Assembly (NCBI RefSeq): GCF_032062105.1
Contig: NW_026922866.1
Location: 62,001-126,000, forward strand
Length of the DNA stretch: 64,000 nucleotides
Direction of reading: 5' to 3'
From: Saccostrea cucullata
Lineage: Eukaryota
The translations under genes were made by a program, and so were the position numbers. Position 1 is the first letter of the stretch. The number at the start of each line of letters is the position of its first letter. Shown piece by piece: positions 34,670 to 47,630 of this stretch. Below the pieces are notes generated by a model that was not told where the DNA came from, did not search any database, and worked only from the letters and a program-made list of their open reading frames with translations.

Positions 34670-35347
34670 AATTTCTTTGAAAATCTTCTTCTCTGCTCCT
34701 GGGTATTAAATAAACTCTCCAAGCACATAGTTATGATGAGCAAGAGTGCCTCTTTCAAAATTGTTAATCTTATGACCCCAGGGTCAGGGGTTCTGGTATT
34801 AGGGCGGGGCTCTATTGGTTTTATAGTGAAAATGCATTTATTCTTTGAAAATCTTTCCTTTGTTTCTGGGTTTCATGCCAATGATCCAAGTATATATATT
34901 TATGATGAAGAAAGTTGCATCTAGCAAAATGTTTTTTATATGCCCCCCCCCCCCGGGTCGGGGGTGAGGGGGGGGGTACAAAGTCTGAAAATAAATTAAT
35001 GCTTTGAAATCTGCTCTTTGGTATTAATCAACCATTTTATGATAAAATTTGCACAAATTTGAAATATGCGGCCCCAGGTTCAGTGGTTCCTTTGGGATGA
35101 GGAGCACAACTGGTTATAAAGTGGGAGTGCATTTTCTCTTATGTTACTCTGATCTTCCTCTGGATATTACGTATTACAAATAGAGTAAGCATGCTAAGTC
35201 TTTAATTATGATAAGCAATGGTGCCTCTTTCAAAATTGTGAATTGTGAATTTCATGGCCTCTGGTTTAAAACACGAACCAAATTTAATTGTTTGAAAGTT
35301 GTTACACAATACTCAGGTGACCTATAAGGCCCGTGGGCCTCTTGTTG
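34670..35347 (+). mobile_element. HINE-type element 3' part with degenerate satellite monomers
   Basis: Ends tactcaggtgacctataaggcccgtgggcctcttgtt (subterminal motif plus hairpin). Repeated gtgcctct..caaaattgt..atgacccc units. Confidence 0.65.
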
Positions 35348-35568
35348 TTTACTGTGCTATTTATTATAGTAAGACAGTTAATCCATGATGCTTATAGCTA
35401 GGACTTCGCTTTCAGCAAAACCCGACTAAAATTACATAAGACTAAGCTATATTTCAATGTAAATAACTAATAACACTGTCAATTTTAAATACATTCATAC
35501 TCTGGATGAAAAAAAAACATGCCTAAAAGCGTTATAGAACGAAACAATGGTCGACAAACATTCGAGAT

Positions 35569-36098
35569 TATTACCTAACCTACGATATAAAGTGTAATTA
35601 AAGTGTAATTAGGCATTTTGAACTGTTTTACGATTCATTTTTTGTTTTTGCGTGATCATGAAACAGTGAACTGTTGACCGGTCCACAGAATGAACTGTTG
35701 CCTCTTTAAAGCGTCATAGTGATATTCAAGCGTTTTGATGATCACGACATCACATCCTGCTATATAATTAACTAAATTGGAATAAAACACATAAACAATC
35801 AATTAATTAAGTATTAGTTAAAATTATTAATTATTGATTTAATCTTTACATTCTGTGTTCAGCTAATTAATAGACTGGTATGTGGATAATCAGTTGTTAA
35901 AACTCTTTATTGATTGTTTGTGTGTTTTTATTCCAATTCAGTTAATTTTATAGTAGGTTAGGTAATAAAACACTTATTTAATGACTGCTCGGTGAAACAG
36001 TTAAACTATTGTCCCTCGAGCAACAGTTTCCCAGGTCTTTTCCACTACCTCGGGACAATAGTTTGACTGTTTACCTCGTAGTCATTAAATAAGTGTAT
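35569..36098. mobile_element. Non-coding hairpin element with internal inverted end-junction
   Basis: Left end tattacctaacctac is complementary to 35953-35967, which abuts the palindrome 35968-36098. Also contains inverted repeat 35757-35956. Confidence 0.65.
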
Positions 36099-36429
36099 AA
36101 TACATGCTTTACTTTTAGGCCTTTTACAGATTTTTATAAAACATTGTATATGTACTGTTACGGTGTATAATAATATTATTATTATTAATAAACACGTGTA
36201 TTCATATTAGTAGATGTGGATAGAATTTTCCATGTTCTATTTTACTCTCAACAACTTTAGTATTTATGTAATTTGTGTAATATTCAGCAAGGATTAAAAA
36301 ATTATATAAACATGTTAATCAAAACATGCCAAATAGAACAAACAATTTTGATTCTGGTTTATTCTGTATATTTAATAAAAGATGATGATTCATCACTCTA
36401 TTTTAAGATGTTTCCAGTGTTTGAAGATA

Positions 36430-37753
36430 CAAGGGACGTTCAATAAATAATGTCAATAGCTCGATGACATACAACATAGTAGTCATATGACATAAAGCCT
36501 TACTTTTTCTCATTATTGAATCTTAAATGGAATGATAACAGTTAATGTGAACACTTTTCATCGCATTATTTCATCTTGGAAAGCTGGAAAACAAGGGCTA
36601 TTCGAGACACTGAATTAAAAATGATGGTCAATAATCAGTAAAGTGGAGTAAAGTTACACGCATCATAAAAGCAGCTGTAAAACTTGTTAATATCTCAAAA
36701 ATATATTAACTGAAATATGTGAAATTTACAGCAACCAATGCCTGTTTTATAAACAGGTGAACATGTAGATTTCAATGCACAAAAATTATAAAATGGGCAT
36801 CAAAAATGGGTACCGTCCTTGGCAACAATGACTTAGAACAACCGATGTAAATTTGCGAAATTTCAACAAATTATCACTGATTATGTTTTATTGACTTTAA
36901 GACACATAGCAAAATTGATAAAAATCATTTTTGGGATAGTTCATACTGTTTTAAAGAGACATTTTTTAGTAAAAAGAAATTTTAATACTCCAAGGTCACC
37001 CTATTTTGAAAAATGAGTGAAGACGACAGCGTGTAGGAATATCCAAACAATTATTTTAAAAAATCAAAAATTGTACTTATCCACGTTTGTATGAATTTCT
37101 AACAGATAATGAAACTTGAATCCATTTTGCTTTAAGCCCTCAAAACAACTGTACAATAAGATGATCTTGACAAGACTAAAAATGCCTAAGAAGATAAAAA
37201 AATTGCAAGAGCATAAAACATTTTTATATGCTATTTTCTTAAGTATTAGCGGTCTTGTTGTTCAAATTCATATTCGATGAAGTTCAATTTCTGGAGGAGT
37301 CTAGAAAACAATTTTTTGCAAAAAATTGAAAGGTTCATAAAAGAAAGGAAACAGAATGAGGAATTCACTACATTAAATGTCTTCATGACGGCGTCCAAAC
37401 CCACATGCCATGAAGAGTAAAGAAGTTTTGGGGATAGAAAGAAAGTTTATGTTTTGTCACATCAACAAAATTTGCCAGATCTTTCAATCTTTGCCTTGTT
37501 TCATTTCCTAAACTTAGAAAAACATCTATCAGAAAGTTAGAAAACAAGTACAGCAAATCACAGGATCTGCCATATTCCAGTATACGAAGGGTCATATACT
37601 CAAAAATGTGTTCGAAAAACAATTAGAAATTGAATGAAAATGTTACAAATATGCGTTTTAATTGAAAAGAATATTTTAGTTGAATCATTTAGACTAAGTC
37701 ATAGAAAAGCGTTTTTTGTTTCTTTCCTTTCATTATTTATTGAACACCCCTCG
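36430..37753. mobile_element. Non-autonomous mariner-like element, copy 1 (1.3 kb)
   Basis: TA-caagggacgttcaataaataatg ... cattatttattgaacacccctcg-TA. Internally homologous (inverted) to 41957-43562. Confidence 0.8.
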
Positions 37754-40669
37754 TATTTAGTTTGATTGGGATTCAAAATGTAAGCATTTATATGTTCCTC
37801 GCAAAGCAACAGTCGTTTTTAAACGAATTCAATTAAAGATCAGGATTATTGAAGTAACACCCAGGAAAATATCATATAATTATTTCAATAATTGGCGTCA
37901 ATATAATAATACAGTTTCAACAAATTTGGCAAAAACTAGTGTTAAAATGTTGTATTAAATTAAAATAATCGAATAACAGACACACAGTGTACCTGAACAT
38001 AACTAATAAAAAAATGTTTCTTAAATTAATAATAAAAGATATAATTTTATAAGATATAATTTTAAAAATGCGTGATTCATTCAAAACCAAAAATAAAATG
38101 CCTTTAAATAATTCTATCAAATCCAAATGTTTATCATAAATTATAAATATGCATTTTATATCTTTTAAAATATTATATTATTTCCATCTTTTAAATGTTG
38201 GATTTCATCTTATAATTTAATTCATAATCATTTTGACAAAGTGTCATACAATGCAAAAATGATTATAGAGCTAGAATTAAATGATAAACTACATATGTGC
38301 ATATTTCATAAGTTACATATAAGAGTTATAGTACAGAATTAAGGTTGGCTTGACAGCAGCTTGAGAAAACTAAAGACACATATATTTAACTGAAGGAAAC
38401 GATCCATGAAAGAAAATACTGAACATAATATATGCAAAATCAAACACTCAACTACTTTTTGTGCAAAAAAAGATATGATCGCATTTAACAGTTTAATATA
38501 GTTATTATAAAGTTACATTCTTAATCAAAAAAAGTCCAGTCTAGGATTTAACTTTATTTCAAGTTGAAAACTACACCTTGCAATCATGAATTTCCTACAA
38601 ATACATGAGGTAAACATGCATGGAAGATTGCTTAAAAACTTTTAAATTACACAAAAAACAACGAAGAGTGTCCTTCGTGTTCATATTCCTCTTCAGCCTA
38701 CAACTGTAGTCCTGCTACACATTATTATTGGTGACGTAAATTTTGCTCTCAGTGTATATTGAGGACTTTAAATCAACTATTCTGAACCGGTCAACATTTG
38801 GAGAACACAATGCAGTCTTCAATGGCGTCAAATTATATAATAGATTCTCTGCAAGATTATGCTAAGCGACGTGACAGATATGAAAAAGAAGATGTTGACA
38901 CTTTGTCAAAATGATTATGAATTAAATTATCAGATGTATACACATGCGTTACGTGACTGAGAGCAATATAAAAACCATCTATCCTTCTGTATTTAATAAA
39001 AAGAATATTCTTATAGAATAAGATTACACGATCAGTGTTTATTACTCCCAGCTGAAAAAGAAGGCCATAACATTGTCTTTGTTTGTGGGGATCGTCACTA
39101 GTATTTTAAATCTATTTAAAGTAATTGTGATAAAGGTCTTCAAGTGGAAATCCAACATTTACCCATATTTTTCGTTCTTGGTAGGAAATTCTCCAAAATG
39201 ATATGTCAGTTTTTTTTTATTTTTTATATGCCTAACAACAACCAAGATAACGCTGAATTAACATATACATGTTTACTTAGGAATCTATATCTATATTGAA
39301 GTTTGAAACTTCATAAAAATCCTTGCAAAAAAAGAAACATAGCTGGTTCCGTAAAATGTTCTACTTAGCCTCGTAATTTCTCATCAAAATAGCAACAGCA
39401 CTTGGCCTTCATTTCGACATTTAGATATATCGACGACATCAATTGTCAATTAAAAATAGTTTCTTTCATTCTTAAGCTGCCTGACACGATATATTATTTG
39501 AAAATAAATATACAACTGAGTCTTACATATCTGGTTCATACTTTGATATTTTACTTGATAACTTATGTTCTCTCTGTAATATGGAAGAAGAAACAATAAT
39601 ACATATTTTCTGGGAGTGTGACAACCTTCCTCAACAGTTTTAAAAGACATTGTGAACAAAGGAAAGGGTGGCAACTTTCATTCACAAAGCAAAGTTTTAT
39701 TTTGGGATTTCTAGTGAAAAAATATTCATAACTTGCTGGCCATATGGATAAAATATTTTATATATACAGTGAGATGTTTAGGAAAAAAATTAAATGTCAG
39801 ACTTGCGACTTCACTTATTAATCTTTTTTATGAAAATCAAAAATATTAAGCATATAAGAATGGTGACAGAGAGATGTTTGACACCAACTGGAATCTGTGG
39901 AATCCAATGTTTTCATAAAATGTTATTAAATGAAAAAAGTCTTATTTATGTAAAGGAATTTTAAAACATGCCAACTCTCCCCCCCCCCTCTCTAAAAAAA
40001 ACAATCTGTAATATATTAAATTTTGTATTATGAATTGTGAAAAAGATTGTGTAAAATAATTTATAAATTTTAAAAAATATATTTTACTTAAAAAAGACGT
40101 TAATGGAAACGTTCACAACAAAGCTCAAGCTCACAACAAAGCTTTATGAAAAACACGATTATTATAGCTTTTCAATCGTAAACATTCCTTATATACCTGG
40201 AACTGATCCCACCTCTGATGTTTGTTCTGCTCCTGATTCGCATTGTTTTGATTGACTTTTAAGCTTGAATAATTTTTGTTATCTCAACGTATTCATGCTA
40301 CCTTTCATTTTTGAAATAACTCTTCATGCAAATGGCATGTTTCTAATACTCATATTAAGAGAAAATAAAAATTTAAGCGTGTTATTCTTATTTGTCGAAA
40401 TGTGCATTTTCAAAAATGCAATGGTGTGTGCAAACAAATTTTCATAACGCGCCAATGCATCATTACTCTGATTCATTGACTAAATTTTACAAAATTACAT
40501 GTGTGTGTTTGTCAGAAGTAATTTGTTTAGCTAACAAATATCGAAACACTGATCAAAGCAGGGATAATTGAAGATCATTTTTACCGAAGAGATAGTTTAT
40601 GAACACCAGTTTTACTAACCTGAAGCCAGTCATCAGGAATATCAGATCCACGACTCGCAGTTATGTCTA

Positions 40670-41010
40670 ACGTTATGTTTAAGAGCTTGATGTTACCTCG
40701 CTCCACCAAATCTTCAGCACCTAAAAGTTTAAAAAATATCGTACATATCTTATGGTCGATACAATGACCTTGTAAGCAATTACTGGGTTGTATGGTGACT
40801 AACATTTTTTTAACTAACTGGTAGTCCATTATTTACCAACTGTCGACGGATTTTTCCGTTCTTTCCTGGACATGACAAGGAGCACACAGCAGGTGTGACC
40901 GGTCGGTAGGGGATGCTCACTCCTCCATGGCACCTGATCCGGCCTATGATTTTTTGGAGGACCGTGTTTCTCTGTTCCTATTTTGTATTGTTTTATGTAC
41001 TTTGAGCATG
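40670..41010 (+). mobile_element. Penelope-like 3' fragment (related pieces at ~33225-33460, 39403-39440, 40090-40260)
   Basis: tatggtcgatacaatgaccttgt (shared with 1100-1120) and caggtgtgacc..ggggatgct.actcctc...cacctg (shared with 33407-33455). FRYIDD at ~39420. Confidence 0.6.
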
Positions 41011-41956
41011 AAGATTCTTCATTATCTTTATATATTGTTACGCAATTCGCCAAACGATTTTTAACAAATACGAATATATTCGGCCAATAAAATGCTTTGA
41101 TATAATGCACTGTTTGTGAATTTATTAGATGCACATCTTCATATGAAAGAAATTGTAAAATTTGATTCATTTGCAACAGTAACTATGAAATTCAATTTAA
41201 AATTTGCTTAAAAGTTATGACTTTATGCAAGGATTTTCAGTGGAAAAATGCTTTTGTAAATATAAAAAATTTCCAAAACAAAATCCTTGTGTTTCTATAC
41301 ATGGCTTTAGTTTCCCTCAAAAATTAGAAATGCATGACATGTACACATCAGTACGAGGGTTGTCCGCAAAAGCCGCAGACAATGTTTATAACTTTGCTAA
41401 CATGAATCCTATACTAACCAAACTTTGCATTGACGTTATATATTCAATGTTCTTAAAAAGTTTGAATTCTTAAGCATATATCTTTCATATTAATAATTTT
41501 TGGGCGATTTATTTGAAGGTCGATATGATCTGTCGGCGCTTGAACAAAAATCGAATTATTTACGTATATAACTGTAATAGTTATACTAGGTATACGTAAA
41601 TAATTCTTAATTTCTTTTGTACTATAAAGAACATAGAACTCAATTTGAATCAGTGAGACTAGAACCAAAATCTTAACAACATGTCAAATTTTCATATAAA
41701 TAGCGTTAGAAACAGACGATTAGTGTCATGGTTTAAGTGCTGACTGAATTAAGTTTGATGAAATGACGTCATAAAATGCGTAAGCGGCGCAAGAAGATGT
41801 AATAAACTGTTATGGATGTGGTGTATATAAATCAGAGACGGGGAAAAAGTACAGAAGTTACATAACACACTAAACTCTAATAGAGAAACTGATTTTAAAT
41901 GGAATAAGATTAAATGATAATTTTTCTCTATACCGAAAAAAGCTACCGCACGAATA

Positions 41957-43562
41957 CGAGGGCTGTTCAATTAAGAAATGAATTTAATTTTTGAAGATTC
42001 ATGAGGTTATGAACTACGACGCTTCACGCCGGCATATTTCATGAAGCGCGTTAGCGCTTCATGATAAATATGCCGGCGTGAAGCGTTGTAGTTCATATAC
42101 CTCATGAATCTTCAAAAAATTAAATTCATTTCTTATATTTACATTATTTTTCTGATGACTTGCCATAAATTTATGCAGTTCAACTGTCATTTTTTAAAAC
42201 AAAACAGTGTGCACTATATTTTTTGACTTTTGACGTCAAGAGCGGTATTATGACGTCACAATGGAGATATTCATGCTTATTCGTGATACATACCTAATGT
42301 AGTTCATGAGAAAATATACTGCATTTTATTTTGTAAAGAATCATAAGGGAAATTTATTGGAAATGTAAATATTAAATAATGTTATCGGTGCTCGGAAAGA
42401 AGCAAACGACGCTTTTCAATGATTTAATCTTCATGATTTTACTTATTTATCTCTTTTAATTCAAACTTATGTCCGTAACATTTTTTATCCAATTTCTGAT
42501 TGTTTTTAGGTCAAAAATCTGGCAAATATTGTTAATGTGAAAAAAACATTAACTTTCTGTTTATCCCGAAAACCCCTTTACTCTTCAGGGCATGCGGGTT
42601 TGGACGCTGTCATGAAGAAATTCGACTAGTGGATTCCTGATTCTGGGTCCTTCCTCTAATAAACCTTTCGATTTTTTTTTCAAAAAAATTGTTTTCTAGA
42701 CGTCTCCAGATATTAAGCTGTCTCCCCGAATACGAATTTGAACAGCAATACCACTAATATTTTAGAAAATTGCATATAAATCTGTCTTTGTGCCCTTGCA
42801 TACCTTTGCGTTTGTCAGACCTTTGCAATTTTAATCAAGTACTTCATATGGTAAATTTTGTTTTGGTGATTTTAAGCAATAGATTCATATTCCAATATCT
42901 GTTTGAATATAAAACAAACGTGGATTACTACAATCACTGATATTTTAAAATAAGTGTTTAGACTTTCTTACACGCTGTCATTTTCACCCATTTTTCAAAA
43001 TATAGGGTAACCTTTGAGTACCAAGCGTTTTAAGAAACGTTAGACAAATTACTCCCGATATGATGTCTAACAAATTTGCTATGTGTCTTTCTAAAAGTCA
43101 ATCATACATCATCAAATATTATTTGTTGAAATTTGGAAAACAATACATAAGTTGTTATAATTTTTGTTGGCAATGAGGGTAACCATTTTTGATGCTCATT
43201 GATTGTATAATTTTTATCATTGAAATCCATCTGCTCTTTTGTCTATAAATCAGGCACCAGTTGCTGTAAATGACACATATTTCAGTGAATAGTACTTTTG
43301 GATTTTTAACAAGTTTTACAACAGCTTTAATGTAGCCTTTATTTTCACTCTAGTTTACTGATTCTTTACCATTCGTTTATAATGCAGTGTCTCGAAAAGC
43401 CCTTGTTTCCCAGTTTCTCACGATGAAACTATGTGAATAAAAGTGGTCACATAAACTGTTATTAATTCAGTAAAGATTCAATAATAAGAGAAAGTTTTAT
43501 GCCAAATGATATCTGTATTGTACGTCATACTGTTCAGGACATAATTTATTGAACAGCCCTCG
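41957..43562. mobile_element. Non-autonomous mariner-like element, copy 2 (left TIR split by an insertion)
   Basis: TA-cgagggctgttcaat[insert]aaataatg ... cataatttattgaacagccctcg-TA. Confidence 0.8.
41972..42372. mobile_element. Non-coding hairpin element (~400 bp) with internal inverted end-junction
   Basis: Near-perfect ~80-bp-arm palindrome 41972-42135 (loop gcgc-gtta-gcgc). Right end aatgtaaata is complementary to 42136-42145. Boundaries are fixed by the interrupted host TIR. Confidence 0.8.
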
Positions 43563-46500
43563 TAGGTTGGGAACTTTTTGTTTAAAGCAGACAGTGTATA
43601 TTCTCTGCTCCCATAATTTTAATGTAAGGTGATCTTTCGACTAAATTTCTACTGAAATTTTGAATTAAAAAAAAAACGGAGAGTATGAAATTTACACAAG
43701 TCCCTCGCCTAAAGTGTTTTTTTCACTTTAAAAATTTTTTGGATCTTAACTGACGTGTATGAAGCAGAAAAAAAGATTATTATGTGATAAGAGACGCAAA
43801 TCACGATTGCTTTAGTGTGTCGATGTACACTTACGTGCTTCATTCATCTTTTCATAATTTTATTATTAGATGTGAAAACATCAAGACTTGAAATGCATGA
43901 TCATAAAATGTTACATTTTGCTATGACAAGAAAAGAATTTTAATTTAGCAAAGAGGAACTATACTGTTTTTTTGCCTACGATTTTTTGGGACAACCCTCG
44001 TATAATGCAAAATAAATCTGAAAAAGTGTCACATTTCATCTATTTCTTTAAGTAATGATGGTCATTTTGAAATTTTGCATGTCATGTACACATTTAAACT
44101 TATCATCATTACCGATGATTAATCAAGTCACCTGCATGATCCCCTGCAGATAATTTATGATTGATATTTTAGATAATTTAGTCACAGAAATCAAATAATT
44201 TCTTTCAGAAAAATATGCATGTTTATTTTTAATGTATTGGTTCCAGTTGTCCATTACCTTAATAATTTAAACTTCTTGTGTCATTTCTTGCTTAAAGATC
44301 TGTGAAAAGAGTACGTAGGGTTTAAAGTTTTAAAGTGTATAAATCTGCATTGATAATATATTGGTTTGGAAATTCTTGAAAGCAATGTCTCGCGTAATCA
44401 AAATTTCCCTTAACTTGATTTCTAGTCAAGTACCAGAACGTTTTAGAAGAATTTTTTTGTAAAGGTTTGGACTTTATGCGATGCTCCTTTTAAAACCAAA
44501 AATATTTTAAGTGTAAAAATAAGTGTAAAAATAAATCATGTAGTTGAACTGTAGTAAGTAATATTTAGGGCTAATTTAAATTAGGATGTGCTGAAAATTC
44601 TTTCAATACTTACATATCCTTTAATGTAAACAACTCAGTATTAGAAATATATAGTAGCTTAATCTTACAGAGTCATATTATATCCAAAACGGAAATAAAG
44701 GAGATTGAAAAATGACTGAGATTTGCAAACCTTACTGTGTAGGTCAACCATTTATAATAACTTGTTAACAGCGCAAAATGTATATGTATATTGCGTGCAA
44801 GGCTATATATGACATTTCAAACGTCTCAATACTCGATTTTTTCCATTTGAATTGTTTACTTTTGTATTTGTATTCTTTTTTTCCATTTGTGTTGTTTAAA
44901 AAGTCTTTTTTTTGTGTATTTTTATTTGTTACATGAAAAAGTCAGTGCACTGGGAGGCAAATTTTGTGTATTGTTTATTTGAATTCACAGTGTGTCTGAT
45001 TTTCCAGGTGTCGGATTAGACAGTTTTCACTGTATTTTCCATTTGCAGTTATTTCCATTCATATTGTTTTCATTTTTCTTTGATTTTTTTTTTATATATG
45101 TAGATATGGATATCAAAAACAATACTAATGAACTGATCGCAAAATTTTTGAACTGTTTATATTTTAAATTAAAATTAAAAAACTCAGGGAATTTTGTCTT
45201 CTTATTTATATATCACCTAAGCCCATGCAAATATTCACTCTGATGAGAAAATATAACCCAATTTTGGAATATTAAGCTATACTTCATACCATAATCTTAC
45301 AGTTTTAAGAAGATAAAGGAACTTTAGCTGAAAAAATACCTGTCGGTCATTTTTTTTTCATATTTTGTATATCTCTAATTTAGTATGTCCCCCATACCTA
45401 AAAGCAATTATAGCAATAGTTTTCTAGACTTATTTCTGAGATATTGAGTGACAAATACGAAACCCTACATTGTCTAAGTGAAGTTTTGATTCTCCATGTT
45501 TCTGGGCCAATTACTCGGTCGATAATTGAATTTTTCAGCATAGATAAAAATATGTCAGCAAAAATGTGTCTTAAAATATTTCAAAGTATTAATATGGTTA
45601 AAAATTCAAAAAAGCAAGACTCTTTGGTCACACTGCATCTGGAGACGAAAAAAAGGTACTTTTTAAGACAACTTAAACAATAAAAATTTAATTTGCAAAA
45701 ATTCCTATCATTCAATATTTGAAAATTTACGTTGAAATGCAAGTTCGTCATGTTATTGATTAACTATAAAAATATCGATTGGTGAAGCTGAGCTCAATAT
45801 TGCACAGGGCATAGTTAAACAAAACTTAACATGAGAAAAACGTGTCATGTTTACATTTCAGAATACAGGAAAACCCAACTATGACGTCACGTTTTTACGA
45901 AATAAGCGAAATATGACATAACTACAACACATTTCCGTCAACAAACATGTAAAAATATTTTTTTTTGTTCTGTAATTCAAAAAATACCCCACCGTGTACT
46001 GATCATGACCCGTTTTTATGATATAATACTACCCGTGTTTTACCATGTGTAATCTAACTGTACCAAAAATCCACTATGACGTCAACGACTCCTTGGACGC
46101 GCAGTGTAGGGAAACAGAAGAGTGGATCAATCTATTCTGTAATTTGATAATATTTGCAGGAAAGTTTGAGTGTTTTTAGATATTTTTATACAAGATGGTG
46201 AACTCAAACAAGCAGTCCAAATTTTCAAGAATTCTGTGGTTTCGATTTGAAATCATTTTATTAGTGGTTGTGGTGGTTTTGTACATATTTTAAAAAATCA
46301 GAGATTATGACTATGTAATTAAATCTTGAAGCTTTTTTCAGTGAAAAATATATTTTAATGCCCTCCACGACCACACAACACTTGCTTAGCTCATCTCGGA
46401 TTTGGTTCAGGACATATCCCCCACTCATGATTCTAAAAATCCGTTCATTTATTGGTTGCCTATCTTTTTTCTCGAAGAAAAATTGTTTTTCATGTTAGTT

Positions 46501-47589
46501 TTAAAAAATATTTTAAATACTATTCCTGTTCACATTTTCCAGCTTTATTGCGACTGCGTAGTGCTCTAAACTATTTTAAGGTAAAATTTCCCGATGACGT
46601 GTCCGAAACCGAAACTTTTTTTGCTATTGGTTGGATTTTCTGATGACTTGACAAATAATGGTCTGCATGTATATTTTGCAATTGAAATGGCAGCAATATT
46701 TACTAGCAATCTTTTTATTACCTGATATTAAAGTCCATAAAACCTTCCGTATGAAACTTGTCCTTACAAGAAATGCACCCTTTAAATATAAACAAGAATA
46801 CATTATGTTCCCTTTGCCCGATAGGAAATCTTTCAATCGGAAAAATCAATTATCAGGTAATTATATCTCCTCTTCCCTAATACATTTATACAAACATTAC
46901 AAAGCGTTTTATTTCAAAATGACTGAGTATATACTATGGTTGATCCAGAAGTTCGTGTATTTTCTTCGTATTTTATTTATTTATCAATGAAATTTGTTGA
47001 TGTTTTTAAATAAAAAATATTTTAAAGATCTTTGATAGAAACTCCATGGCAGTTGCGATAGAAACGGATGTTTGAAAATACAGGGGAGACCTTAAATCGT
47101 TCTTTATTATATTATAATTATTATTATTACAATATTATTTATTCTAAATACATGAAATGAGAAAGAATGCTCTCAGTAATGTCATTACCACGATTGCTTT
47201 ACATCTTGAATCTTTAATTTCTTGAATAATTTCTATGAGAGTTTTTCTGATTTAAAAGGAACTTCTGTTTATTTTAGACAACGTCAAATTTCAATCAAGT
47301 TATAAGTTATGGGGACACTCTGACTTAAACGCGTATACTGCTGATACGGACTGGAGAAAAATGCATTAAGCAACTAGATTTCCAGCGGCATGAGAAATCT
47401 AAGAAAAAGATAAACTTCCACGGAGGTTGATTGATGGTTTGGCCGCCTTTTGATGGGTCTGATTTTGCTCAAAGACAAGCTTAAGTAAAGCGTATTTGAA
47501 CGTTGTCCGCTGACGATCTGTGTTCATATGGAGAAATGCCCAAACAGAAAATATTTTTTTACAAACTACTAATAGGGTCTGTAAGTCTC

Positions 47590-47630
47590 GTCACGTGACT
47601 CGCGAGATTTTACGATAATTTTCCTTCCGG
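47590..47630. promoter_or_regulatory. Putative Pol II promoter motif cluster
   Basis: GTCACGTGAC (E-box), overlapping CTCGCGAGA (CGCG-type element) and CTTCCGG (ETS core) in a locally CpG-rich patch upstream of a strong donor at 47814. Confidence 0.5.

Larger units (their letters stand above)
41354..44000. mobile_element. Non-autonomous mariner-like element hosting a second nest
   Basis: TA-cgagggttgtccgcaaaagccgcagacaa ... ttgcctacgattttttgggacaaccctcg-TA. Confidence 0.8.
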
